Part shown: one piece after another, positions 10,406 through 20,847 of the stretch
Layout of the letters: every line of letters starts with the position of its first letter
How positions within the stretch are numbered: the first letter of the stretch is position 1
Assembly: GCA_965198115.1 (NCBI GenBank)
Contig: OZ240241.1
Coordinates: 5,216,001 to 5,280,000, forward strand
Reading direction: 5' to 3'
DNA from: Candidatus Latescibacterota bacterium
GTDB lineage: Bacteria > Latescibacterota > UBA2968
DNA length: 64,000 bases
The notes under the pieces: model-generated
Told to the model about the DNA's origin: nothing
What the model saw: only the letters and a program-made list of their open reading frames with translations
Databases searched by the model: none
Program-made: the position numbers and the translations under genes

Positions 10406-11337
10406 CTCCTCGGGAACGCTACTACTGGGACCTCACCGGGCACCTCGTCATCCCCGATGTGTTGACGACAGACGAAGTGGCAGCGGCGAACGAAGCGCTC
10501 GACTACGTCGTGGATCGGCTGGCGAACGGCACAGACGAGGAGTCCGATTTCCTCCGCGAAAGTGCCCAACCCCGCTGGCTCAACGGAAACCTCGTCTGGA
10601 CGGACCACACCGTGCCGTTTCTGCTCATGCTCAAGCGGCCCTACTGCGAGCCTTTCAGGAGGATGCTCTCCATCGCGCGGATCATACGTCGTCTACGTGT
10701 CATGTGTGGCGAGGGCTTTCGCCTCGATGGAGGTCCATTCTTCATCGGCGGCGTAATCGGAACGCCGACACACCTGCTCCACGGCGCAGGCGAACCCCAT
10801 AAGCCCTACGTAGCCTACAACGCGCAGAACGGCAGCAGCTACACCGGCGCAGTCACCGTATCCTACGTCTTCGCTGACGCCGGCCCTGACGACGGTGGCT
10901 TCGCGTGCGTACCCGGAAGCCACAAGTCGCGATACCCTATACCGCCGGGTCTGCGAACGACGGAAGACGACATGGGCTGTGTGGCGAAACCGTCAGTCAA
11001 GGCCGGAGACGCCCTGTTCTTCATGAACGGTGCGCAGACCCACGGCGCCCGGCCCTGGCGGGCTACACATTCACGCCGCACGGTCCTTTTCATGTACAGC
11101 GCACGGAGCGCTGCACGTCAGGGTGCATCGCGGTGGTCTCTCGTCCCCGAGAATTACTGGGATGACGCAATTGTATCCGGAATGACACCGGAGCAACGGG
11201 CAGTCATGTTCGGTCCCTCCTCTGCACCCCAAACTGACGGACCCTACCTCGACCTCGACGAGGATGGGCACGTCGTGGTCGACAACGACTATCGGCAGTC
11301 ATTGAAAACGCAGTCCGACACCTTCATCCAGGGGTGA
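10402..11337 (+). CDS. PhyH-family Fe(II)/2OG enzyme with H-G-A iron motif, copy 1
   Basis: LLHGAG, DGGFACVPGSHKS, KAGDALFF, THGARPW, RRTVLF; ATGA overlap with upstream gene. Confidence 0.85.
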   Translation: MTPRERYYWDLTGHLVIPDVLTTDEVAAANEALDYVVDRLANGTDEESDFLRESAQPRWLNGNLVWTDHTVPFLLMLKRPYCEPFRRMLSIARIIRRLRVMCGEGFRLDGGPFFIGGVIGTPTHLLHGAGEPHKPYVAYNAQNGSSYTGAVTVSYVFADAGPDDGGFACVPGSHKSRYPIPPGLRTTEDDMGCVAKPSVKAGDALFFMNGAQTHGARPWRATHSRRTVLFMYSARSAARQGASRWSLVPENYWDDAIVSGMTPEQRAVMFGPSSAPQTDGPYLDLDEDGHVVVDNDYRQSLKTQSDTFIQG

Positions 11338-12276
11338 CCATGACCCGCCGTGAACGCTACTATTGGGACCTCGTCGGCCATCTCGTCGTCCCCGGTGTCC
11401 TGAACTCCGACGAAGTCGCCGCGGCAAACGAAGCCCTGGACCACGCCGATGATCGGATGGCGAACGGAAAGGACGCCTACGCCGCTTTCCTCCGCGAAAC
11501 TGCCAACGCGGCCTGGCTCGACGGCCATTTCGTCCGCACACGCCCCCAAGCGCCCTTCCTGCTGATGCTCGAGTCACCCCACTGCGAGCCATTTCGGAAA
11601 ATGCTCGTCCACCCGGAAATCGTGGGGCGTCTGCACGATATGTGCGGCGCGGGTTTCCGCCTGGACAGCGGTCCCGTGTTCATCGGAGGTGTTATAGGAA
11701 CGCCGATCCACATGCTGCACGGAGCGGGTGAGCCCCATAAACCCTACGTCTCGTATGATTCGCCGAACGGTACCTTCTTCGCGGGGGGTGTCACGGTCGC
11801 CTATCTCCTGGGCGATGCAGGACCCGACGATGGGGGCTTCGCGTGTGTCCCTGGGAGCCACAAGTCCCGCTTTCCCATCCCGCCAGGCGTGCGCACGATG
11901 GAAGACGATTTAGGATGCGTCGAAAAGCCCGCGGGTCAAAGCGGGAGACGCTCTGTTCTTCATGGATGGTGCGCAGACCCACGGCGCCCGACCCTGGAAG
12001 GCCTCACACCCGCGGCGGACGGTTCTCTTCAAGTATGCTTGCCGCACCGCTGCCCGCCGAGGATCCGCGATCGGGTACATCGAGCCCGAGCAGCAGTGGG
12101 ATGCCGAGATCCTCGAGGGCATGACGCCGGAACAGCGTGCCGTCATGTATGGTCCTTCCTCCTCGCCCCAATCCGACGGACCCTACCTCGAAGTCGGCGA
12201 AGACGGGGTTGTTCGGCCCGATCGTGATTGGCTTCCCTCGTTGAAGACGCACTCGGATACGTTTGTACAAGGGTAG
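11334..12276 (+). CDS. PhyH-family enzyme, tandem paralog (copy 2), +1 frameshift near 11934
   Basis: Co-linear with 10402 gene; one extra G in ccc gcgg gtc aaa; removing it joins ORFs 11334 and 11962. Confidence 0.82.
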
Positions 12277-12378
12277 GCGGCTAGCAGCCGCAGTCGCCAG
12301 AGGTCGGATGTCAGGGAAGACAGGAAACGCTCTGTTCTTTTGCGATCCGGGATGGCGAAAGCAGATTGATCTTCCACT

Positions 12379-14389
12379 TTGAGTCTCGCTACTGACATCA
12401 CCTTCGCGCAGGACCAGACTGATCCCTCGCCGCGGGATCGAGTGCGTTCACCGGTGGTGCTTCTAGCCTTCGCAGCGCTGATTGGATCGTGCGTCCTCGC
12501 TACTTACCTCGAATTCTAAGACCCACTCGGCCCACCTGGCAATGTCCAACCTCCCGCTGGTGGTCCTGATTCCCTTCGTCGTCGGACTGGCGATCAACGT
12601 CTTTCTCAAGCGGTTCAGTCCATCCGTTTCCCTCACGAGTTCTGAGCTCCGCACGCTGCTTTCCGTCCTGTGGGTTGGCGGCTCTTTCGCAGGATACAAC
12701 TGGGCGACGCAATGGGTCGGCACGATGGTCGCGCCTCGCTACTACGCGTCACCTGAGAACCGCTGGGCCGAGCTCTTCTTCGATCACCAGCCGTGGTGGA
12801 TGTACCCGACCAATCTGCCCGGGGTCGAGGAACATTTTTATCTCGGAACCAACGATCCTGGCTTCCTGTGGCCTGCGTGGATCACGCCGATTTTCTGGGC
12901 GTGCACATCCGGGCTGGCGATGATGAGCATCGGGGTCGGCGTCACCGCTATCTTCCAACGTCACTGGGCGGATCACGAGCGGCTCACCTACCCGCTTGCC
13001 GAAGTACCGATTGCGTTGACCGCCGGATTCGACCGTGAGCGCGGCTGGCCACCCTTCCTGAAGAACCGAATCTTCTGGCTCGGGTTCTCGATCGCCGCAT
13101 TCCCCCTGATGTGGAATATCATCGAGTATTTCGTCACCGCGTTTCCACGCATCGCGATCTTCGATCCCTTCCACAGTCGGTTCGGGATGCGCGCCATCAT
13201 CATTTCACGCTATGTGCGCGAATTCTCGTATCGTCTGCTCCCTACGGTGATGGGGTTCACGTTCCTTTGCGATGTGAACATCCTGTTCAGCATCTGGTCG
13301 CTGTACCTGGTCGGCCTGGTGGCTCAATACGCGATGGGGCGGGTCGGCTTCTCCGTCGGCCTCGCGGGACAGGAGGCCAACCCCACCGAGATCACGGGTC
13401 TCTTCATTCACGGGGTCATGATCGGGCTGGTCGTCTGGTCGCTTTGGACGTCCCGTGGCCATCTCCGCCGCATCTGGCGTCAAGCACGCGGGGGCGAGCC
13501 CGGTCAGACGGTCTTCCTCACACCCAGGGGTGCGCTCCTGGCGATCGCAGCCGGGGGCACGTTCATGACGTTCTGGCTCTACGCTGCCGGTCTTGCGCTC
13601 TGGCTCGCCGCTGTCTGGATCGTGCTGTTCTGGGCAAGCATTTTCCTCGTCATGAAATTCTTGTCGGCGAGCGGGTTCGCCTACCTCTTCCCCAAATTCG
13701 GGACCACGGCCACGAGCCCGAACCCGATCGGGGTCACCGAAATCCCCACGATGTGGACTGGCACGATTGCCTTGAGCGACGCCTCGCTCGTCGGTTCGGG
13801 CGTTGCCAGATGGCGATTGCTTGCGGGCTGGCGACTGCCGCCCGCCCTTCCGCACGTCGAGCGAATGATCGGGCGGAAAAACACGGTGACGCGATTCATC
13901 GCAATGGCGACATTGACAGGTCTCCTCGCGGGAGCTGGCTACACGATTCACCTGTGCTATCAGGAAGGTGGCGCGACCTTCAACACCTGGTCGCTCCTGG
14001 GAGCGCCTCGGGGGATGTACAACGGGATCGCAACCGTCATCGCCGGACCACGCACCGTGCCGGACCCCGGGAAGATTGCTGTGTGGCTGGTCGGCATGGG
14101 TGCCGCGGGCGCGGCCACTCTGCTTCAGGCGCGTGTGACGTGGTGGCCGTGGCACCCGATCGGGTTGCTGATGATGTTCGACAGTCCCGTTCGGGTCAAC
14201 ACGGTCGGCATTTTCATCGTGTGGTTGGCGAAGGTGATGATCCTACGTCTGGGTGGTATTGGGCTGTACCGAAAAGCGAAGCCCTGCTGTTATGGCATGA
14301 TCGTCGGGTTCGTCTTCGCGGTCGCTTGTGCGTGTGTCGTGGACCTGATCTGGTTCCCCGACGGAGGCCACTACGTCCACGGGTATTGA
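12379..14389 (+). CDS. Polytopic membrane protein, DUF6785/DUF6784-like putative transporter; +1 frameshift at 12517
   Basis: Many TM segments, HWADHERLTYPLAEVP, WWPWHPIG; 5' part from TTG 12379 aligns with paralog 14559; extra T in gaa ttc t aag. Confidence 0.72.
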
Positions 14390-14558
14390 GGACACTCACT
14401 GTCCACCTGGACGACGCCGAGATCGAGCAATGGCTCGTCGGCTCCCGCTTTTCCCCTTTGGACTTCCACCTTCACCGAAACTTCGATGGACGGGTATTCC
14501 CTTCTTCGCTCGAGGTGCTTCGACGAGTCATCTGCGACCATTTTGAGAATTCCCAATC

Positions 14559-16050
14559 TTGAGCCAGGTCACCGACATCGCCTTCCCTCAAACGCACATT
14601 GATCCGGCGCCGGAGGATCGGACGCGTTCGGCGGCCGTCATTCTGGCCTTCGTCGCGCTGGCCGTATCGTGCGTCCTCGCCACCTACCTCGAGTTCAAGA
14701 CCCATTCGGCCCACCTGGCGATGTCCAACCTGCCGCTGGTGGTCCTGATTCCCTTCGTCGTCGGACTGACGATCAACTTTCTGCTCAAGCGATTCATTCC
14801 AGCCTATTCACTCACGAGCGCCGAGTTGCGCATCCTTCTTTCTGTCCTGTGGGTGGGTGGGTCCTTCGCCGGCTACAACTGGGCGACCCAATGGGTCGGC
14901 ACGATGGCGGCGCCGCGATACTACGCATCACCCGAAAACCGGTGGATGGAGCTCATCTTCGACTATCTCCCCTGGTGGATGTATCCGACCAACCTCGAGG
15001 GTGTCGAAGAGCAGTTCTACCTGGGCACTCACCAGCAGGCTTTTCCCTGGACGGCCTGGATCGGCCCGACTTTCTGGGCGTGCGCGGCAGGCGTGGCGAT
15101 GACGAGCATTGCCATCGGGGTCACGGCCCTCTTCCAGCGTCACTGGGCGGACCACGAACGGCTCACCTATCCCCTCGCCGAAGTGCCGCTTGCCCTGACC
15201 GACGGATTCAACCAGCAGCGCGGCTGGCCCCCTTTCACGAGAGAACGCGTCTTCTGGATCGGGTTTGCCGTGGCAGCCTTTCCCGTCCTGTGGAACATGC
15301 GCGTGGATCGTTCTCTTTTGGATCAGTCTCTTCGTCGTCATGAAGTTTGTGGCTGCAAGCGGGTTCGGCTACATCTTTCCCAAATGGGGGGGCACAACAA
15401 TCCCCACGATCTGGACCGGAACGACCGGCCTGAACGAGTCATCGCTCGTCGCGACGGGCGTCGTCAATTGGCGGCTTCTCGCGGGTTGGAGACTGCCCCC
15501 CGCTCTCCCCCACGTCGAACGAATGATCGGGCAGAGAAACACAGTGACGCGTCTGATCGTTGTGGCGACATTGACGGGACTTGTCGCTGGCGCCTGCTAC
15601 ACGATCCAGCTTTGCTATCGTGAAGGTGGCGCGACGTTCAACACCTGGTCGCTCGTTGGCGCACCGCGAGGCATGTACAACGGCATCGCCAAGGTCGTCG
15701 CCGAAACCGAACGAACGATACCCGACCCTGGCAAGATCAGCGTATGGCTCCTCGGTATCGGGGCGTCTGGCATTATCACCGTGCTTCAAGCGCGTGTATC
15801 CTGGTGGCCGTGGCACCCGATCGGTTTGCTGATGATGTTCGACGGTTCCGTGCGAGTCCACACCATCGGCATCTTCATCGTCTGGCTCACCAAAGTGATG
15901 ATCCTGCGTCTCGGGGGCATCGGACTGTATCGCCGGGCCAAGCCCTGCTGTTACGGATTGATTGTCGGTTTCGTTTTCGCCATTGCGTGCGCCTGCACCG
16001 TCGATCTGATCTGGTTCCCCTCGAGCGGACACTACGTACACGGATATTAG
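14559..16050 (+). pseudogene. Second DUF6785-like membrane protein with ~0.5-kb internal deletion and frameshift near 15298
   Basis: Aligns with copy 1 up to FPVLWN, then jumps to AWIVLFW; the segment equivalent to ~13120-13610 is absent. Confidence 0.72.
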
Positions 16051-16073
16051 CTTCAGCATTCTCGGAGGAACGG

Positions 16074-16867
16074 ATGGAAGGGCTCACCGATTCTGTTGTC
16101 ATCATTACCGGCGTGTGCGGCGGAATCGGGGAGGCCATGACCCGGAAGTTCGCACAGGCAAGTGCCTCGCTTGGCCTCTGCGACATCAACGAATCCGCCC
16201 TAGGCCGACTGGCTTCAGAGCTATCGCAGTCCGGGACGAAGACGCACCACGCCGCCATCGATGTCACCGATCAGGACGAGGTCCGGGCCTTCTGCGACAC
16301 GACGGCCGAGTCGCTTGGCGGGATCACGCATCTCATCAACACGGTAGGCGTCGCCGACAATGCCGGCGACGTCGTCGATCTGCCGCTCGAGGTTTGGGAT
16401 AGAACGCTGGCCGTCAACCTGACCTCCGCTTTCCTGATGGCGAAGTACGCGGTTCCGCACATGATTTCATCCGGCGGCGGATCGATCGTCAACATCGCCT
16501 CCGTCTCGGGGTTCGCCAATCAGGCGCGGGCGATGGCCTACTCGGTGACGAAAGCGGGCATGATCTCACTCACCAAGAGCCAGGCGATCGACCTCGCCTC
16601 GCGCGGAATCCGGGCGAACGCCATCTGTCCCGGTTCGGTCGAGACCAGCCTTGTGGACCAAGCCATCGTCCTACCGCTGAAGACACAGGACGCACGCCCG
16701 AGGAGACGCGCAAGGACTGGGAATCCCAGTATCCGACGGGCCGATTCTCGGAACCCGGAGAGGTGGCGGATCTAGCGATGTTCCTGTGCTCGTCCAAAGC
16801 GGCGAACATCACAGGCGCCAGTATGGTTGTCGACGGTGGGTTGATGGCTTTACTGCCGGAACGCTAA
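16074..16867 (+). CDS. SDR family oxidoreductase, -1 frameshift near 16672
   Basis: ITGVCGGIG, YSVTK, NAICPG; shifted frame gives YPTGRFSEPGEVA...ITGASMVVDGG stop 16867. Confidence 0.85.
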
Positions 16868-16950
16868 ATCTGGTCGGCGGTGGGCAGTGGGCGGTAAAAA
16901 CGGCTTCGCCCTTTCGTCGCACAGATATAGGGTAGGAGCAGCCGAGCCTG

Positions 16951-17008
16951 CACTGAGCGAAGTCGAAGTGGTTGCGATTAACGGTGGGAGCGGCCTCCCG
17001 GCCGCGAA
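16951..17008. repeat. Family A short unit plus REP-like gtgggagcggcctcccggccgcga
   Basis: Two adjacent hairpins in intergenic DNA. Confidence 0.55.
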
Positions 17009-17042
17009 CCTGTTGTGAATGCGTGAAACCGTGGAGCAGACG

Positions 17043-17680
17043 ATGCTCGAATTCGATGGAAGCAGGTTTGCGAAACGCTGGCGGAGGTCGTCGATCCTAA
17101 TCGTGCGATCCTGGCCGTCATCGACATCGAAAACTCGCCGATGTGGGATGACGGGACCGATCGTGTCATCTTCGACAAGGTGAAGATGCTGACACAGGCG
17201 GCTCGTTCGGCGGGTCTTCCGGTATTCTACTTCTACAACTATCGAGGGCCGGGTCTTCGCAACATCTCCGCCGCTTACATTCGCGTTCTGATGAACCTCG
17301 GGCACGAACCCGAACAGATGGCCGCACGATTCGAGCCCGAAAGTGATCGCATGTGCGTGCATCCCGGCCTCGAACCTCAACCCGACGATATCATCATCCC
17401 CAAGGATCGGGGAAACGCGTTCGAAGGCACGGACCTGGACCTCATGTTGCGGACGATGCAGCGGGAAACAATCGTGCTCGTCGGATGCTCGACGGACTGG
17501 TGTGTCGAAGCTACGGCGTGGGGAGCCACGAACAAGGACCTCTACGTCGTCGTCGTGGAAGATTGCGTACGGTCACCGCGTCCCGACGGACACGATGCGG
17601 CTCTGAAGCAGTTCAGAGCACTGGGACTCGATGTCGTAACGTCGGACGACTTGAAGACAGTATGGGAGGATACGCCATGA
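17043..17680 (+). CDS. Isochorismatase/cysteine hydrolase family, -1 frameshift near 17061
   Basis: AVIDIEN, PKDRGNAF, VGCSTDWCVEAT (Asp-Lys-Cys triad); ATG 17043 with RBS joins the main frame if one A is restored. Confidence 0.85.
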
Positions 17681-18531
17681 GTCAGATTGCCAGCATGCAG
17701 CCTATGAGAACGGCCGACTGTGAGCCCACCCTGACCGATACCCAGGTCCTGGAGTTCTGTCGCAAGGGTTGTTTGTTCTTCGAAGCCGTCGTACCCAACG
17801 ACATCAACAAACGCGCGTTCGACTTCATCGCCGAAAACGGTCAGAACCCGCTCCGGCAGGAGGACTGGTTCGTAGAGAACGTCTTCCTGAATCCTGCTGC
17901 CGCCGGCGCAGTGCGATCCCTGCTTGGCGCGAACTTCGCGCTTCCCGTCGGCATCTCCAATCACCTGGTCGAATGTCCGGCGCCCAAACAGAATTGGCAT
18001 CGCGACGGGGGTTCCCGCTACGGTCCCGCGGTCAACAACCTGCAGGTGTTCTACTACCCGCAAGACACGCCGGCCGAAATGGGCCCCACCGAAGTCTATC
18101 CCGGCTCGCATCATCTCTTTGCCCTGCAGAGCTGGATGGGACACTACGATCGCATCAAGGGCGCCGTAGAGACCGCCGCGCCCGCCGGCTCGATCTTCAT
18201 CACCGCCTACTCCATCTGGCACCGACGATCGGCGTCGACGGCGAAGGGCACGCGTAACCTCCTTAAGTATTCCTACTGGCGAACGGTCGCGCCCAAACGG
18301 GATTGGGTCACCGACCCCGATTTCAATCTCTCGACCCACGAATACGTCCCGAACGGTCTCCCGGGTCAGCAGTTCCGCGACTGGTACGACGCCGCGGCGA
18401 TGTTCTTCTGGCTGTGCGGCGACGACCGGCCGCTTCAGGCCATCCTTGGCGGCAAAGGCTGGCCGATGGGCTATCCACCACCCAGAGCCGGCGCGAATAC
18501 CTTTCCACCCGAAGGTTTTCAGAGGTTCTAG
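17677..18531 (+). CDS. PhyH-family Fe(II)/2OG dioxygenase (subfamily paired with small protein)
   Basis: WHRDGG, GPTEVYPGSH, AGSIFIT, IWHR; close paralog at 29640. Confidence 0.87.
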   Translation: MSQIASMQPMRTADCEPTLTDTQVLEFCRKGCLFFEAVVPNDINKRAFDFIAENGQNPLRQEDWFVENVFLNPAAAGAVRSLLGANFALPVGISNHLVECPAPKQNWHRDGGSRYGPAVNNLQVFYYPQDTPAEMGPTEVYPGSHHLFALQSWMGHYDRIKGAVETAAPAGSIFITAYSIWHRRSASTAKGTRNLLKYSYWRTVAPKRDWVTDPDFNLSTHEYVPNGLPGQQFRDWYDAAAMFFWLCGDDRPLQAILGGKGWPMGYPPPRAGANTFPPEGFQRF

Positions 18532-18534
18532 GAC

Positions 18535-18789
18535 ATGCAAGATCTCCTCTACCTCCAGGCCAACAGCACCTCTCTTGACTCTGGCGTGCTGGGCATGACG
18601 CTCGTGGTCGACGGTCAGATCGTCGAGGTCGCGGAAGACCCTGCCGATTGGCCCTACCAATCCGTCCTCGACGCGATCCGGGACGGCTGGCACGTCATCC
18701 AGTTTCCAAACCTTGCGATGTTAATGGACGAATCGCGAACGTACGGACTCGGCTGCGAATTCATCCTGGAGAAAACGAAGACAACGTGA
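18535..18789 (+). CDS. Small hypothetical protein (84 aa), PhyH-associated
   Basis: Homologous to 29147-29503 (LLYLQA, DPxxWPY, DGWxVIxFP, TYGLGCxFxLEK). Confidence 0.85.
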   Translation: MQDLLYLQANSTSLDSGVLGMTLVVDGQIVEVAEDPADWPYQSVLDAIRDGWHVIQFPNLAMLMDESRTYGLGCEFILEKTKTT

Positions 18790-18896
18790 CCACAATCGAG
18801 TTCGAAGCGCTCCGGCAGCTCACCTTAGCCATCTACCGCAAGACAGGCGCACCCGATTCCCTCGGTACAACCAACGTCCTGATCGGACACGGATAG
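18786..18896 (+). pseudogene. Possible remnant of an Ldh_2-family oxidoreductase 5' end
   Basis: GTGA overlap; 36 codons MTTIEFEALRQLTLAIYRKTGAPD... resembling the N-terminus of 44810. Confidence 0.35.
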
Positions 18897-18910
18897 ATTG
18901 GAGCAGACCC

Positions 18911-19723
18911 ATGCCCGCGACGTGCGACAACGTCGATCTCGACCTCAGGATCGCGGAATTCAAGATCAACGGTTACGTCGTACTCGAGGACATGCTGCCG
19001 GAGGACACGATCGATCGCGTGCGAGAGGCCTTCTTCCCGATGCTCGAGTACGTCAAGAATCGAGAAACAGAAGAATCATCCGTTGAGACAGGCGACGTTC
19101 GAACAGGACTCGGAAGACTCCAGATAACGAATCGATACACCTTGACGATTCCGTGGGTGGAACCCTTCGCCAATCCCGAAATCTTCGAGCACCCTGTGAT
19201 CCTCGAGTTTCTCGAACGCTACTGGGGCACGGACGACTTCGTCATCGTGTGCTACCACTCGAACAACCCCTATCCGGGGAGCGACTTCCAGCGATGGCAC
19301 CGCGACACGGGGATCGCACGGGACATTCCTCACGTAGGATTGGAGAAAACCCCCATCGTCGGCGTGAAATTTCCTCTCGTGGAAACGTCTGAAGAAAACG
19401 GGAGCATCGAGGTCTTGCCGAGCACGCAGTATCTGGCCGACCCGGACCTCGAAGGCCGTTACGACGAGATCCTCACGTCGGGCCGCTTTCCTTCCTCGCA
19501 TCGTCTCAACATGAAAAAGGGATCGATGTGGGTTCAGGACGTCCGAACGCTCCATCGAGGTACTCCAAACCGATCGGAGGGACCACGACCCGAGCTCGTC
19601 GTGTGCTACTGCCGGCCCTATTGGAACATCAGCCATCGAATGGATATGGCTGCCGACCTCTACGACGGTCTGTCGGACCGCGGGAAGAACCTGCTCATCA
19701 GGCGCAACATTGTTGATTGGTAG
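18911..19723 (+). CDS. PhyH-family Fe(II)/2OG dioxygenase
   Basis: NGYVVLE, WHRD, ENGSIEVLPS, LHRGTPN, RPEL. Confidence 0.87.
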   Translation: MPATCDNVDLDLRIAEFKINGYVVLEDMLPEDTIDRVREAFFPMLEYVKNRETEESSVETGDVRTGLGRLQITNRYTLTIPWVEPFANPEIFEHPVILEFLERYWGTDDFVIVCYHSNNPYPGSDFQRWHRDTGIARDIPHVGLEKTPIVGVKFPLVETSEENGSIEVLPSTQYLADPDLEGRYDEILTSGRFPSSHRLNMKKGSMWVQDVRTLHRGTPNRSEGPRPELVVCYCRPYWNISHRMDMAADLYDGLSDRGKNLLIRRNIVDW

Positions 19724-19741
19724 AGATCAGGAGGAATAGAC

Positions 19742-20761
19742 GTGGCATCGTATCGAGGGGCAGTTATCGGGTGCGGGCGCATCGGCAGCACGATTGATGA
19801 CGAACACGTTGGCAAGCCGCAGTTTCGGTATCCCTGGGCTCACGCACCGGCGATGATCGAAGCGAAGGGAATCGACCTCGTCGCAGCGTCCGATCTGAGT
19901 ACGGATCAGCTGGATGACTTCAAGCAACGGTGGGGCGTCACCGCGCTCTACACCGACTATCGCGAGATGATCGAAAAGGAGAAACCCGATATCGTCAGCG
20001 TCACCACGCGGGCAGAAGAACGCGCCGACGTGGTGATCGGCGTGGCGGAGACGGGCGTCAGGGCGATTTATGCGACGAAGCCGATGTGTCGCAGCCTCGC
20101 AGAAGCAGACGCGATGATCGACACGTGTCGCAAGAACGGTGTCGTCCTCGCCATCGCGTGTCACAAGAACTGGAGTCCCTGGTTCCACGCCTGCCTCAAC
20201 TCGATCAGAAGCGGCATGATCGGTGACTTCTCATCGTTGGTCTGCAATTACGGCTGGAGCATGTCACGCGGACACAGCCACACCCTCGCCCTCTTCCGCC
20301 TCTTCTCCGACGCGCCGGCAAAGTGGGTCTTCGGCCATATGGATAGCGACGAAGCCGCTAACGGTGACGACGACCTGAGGGGCACCGGCATGATCCTCTA
20401 CGAAAACGGGATCCGCGGCTACCTGAACACCGGCGGATGGTTGAACATCGATTTCGTCGGCAGCGACGGATGGATCAGCGCGCGGAACGAACACGCTGAC
20501 TTCGAGATGTGGACGCGGCATCCGGACACGCGAGAGCCCATACGGCGTCAATTCCCGAACCCGAAACGCCCACGCAGTTCCCAGCAGGCCGCGATGGAAG
20601 GTCTGGTTCAGAACCTGACCGAAGGGACCGAGCCGTTGTGTCCGGGCGAGTTCGGGCGCGAAGCCCTCGAGATCGCGATCGGGATGAGGGAATCGCATCG
20701 GCGTGGTGGGGAGAAGATATCGTTGCCACTCGAGGATCGGAGCTTGACGATGTTGGCCTGA
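19742..20761 (+). CDS. Gfo/Idh/MocA oxidoreductase
   Basis: VIGCGRIG, YTDYREMI, DIVSV, TKPM, ALEIAIGMRES. Confidence 0.88.
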   Translation: MASYRGAVIGCGRIGSTIDDEHVGKPQFRYPWAHAPAMIEAKGIDLVAASDLSTDQLDDFKQRWGVTALYTDYREMIEKEKPDIVSVTTRAEERADVVIGVAETGVRAIYATKPMCRSLAEADAMIDTCRKNGVVLAIACHKNWSPWFHACLNSIRSGMIGDFSSLVCNYGWSMSRGHSHTLALFRLFSDAPAKWVFGHMDSDEAANGDDDLRGTGMILYENGIRGYLNTGGWLNIDFVGSDGWISARNEHADFEMWTRHPDTREPIRRQFPNPKRPRSSQQAAMEGLVQNLTEGTEPLCPGEFGREALEIAIGMRESHRRGGEKISLPLEDRSLTMLA

Positions 20762-20773
20762 CGTTGGGGAGGA

Positions 20774-20832
20774 CAGAGGTCGGAAGTCAGAGGTCAGAAT
20801 CGGTGTTCGGTGTTCGGTGTTCGGTGTTCGGG
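20774..20832. repeat. Heptamer tandem repeats (cagaggt and tcggtgt x4)
   Basis: cagaggtcggaagtcagaggtcagaatcggtgttcggtgttcggtgttcggtgttcgg. Confidence 0.75.
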
Positions 20833-20847
20833 GAAAATAGGTAAGCC

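Noticed and set aside
20774-20832. CRISPR array in the short tandem or hairpin repeats
   Set aside because: Units are 7-9 nt tandem or dispersed hairpins with no spacer periodicity, and no cas genes are present.
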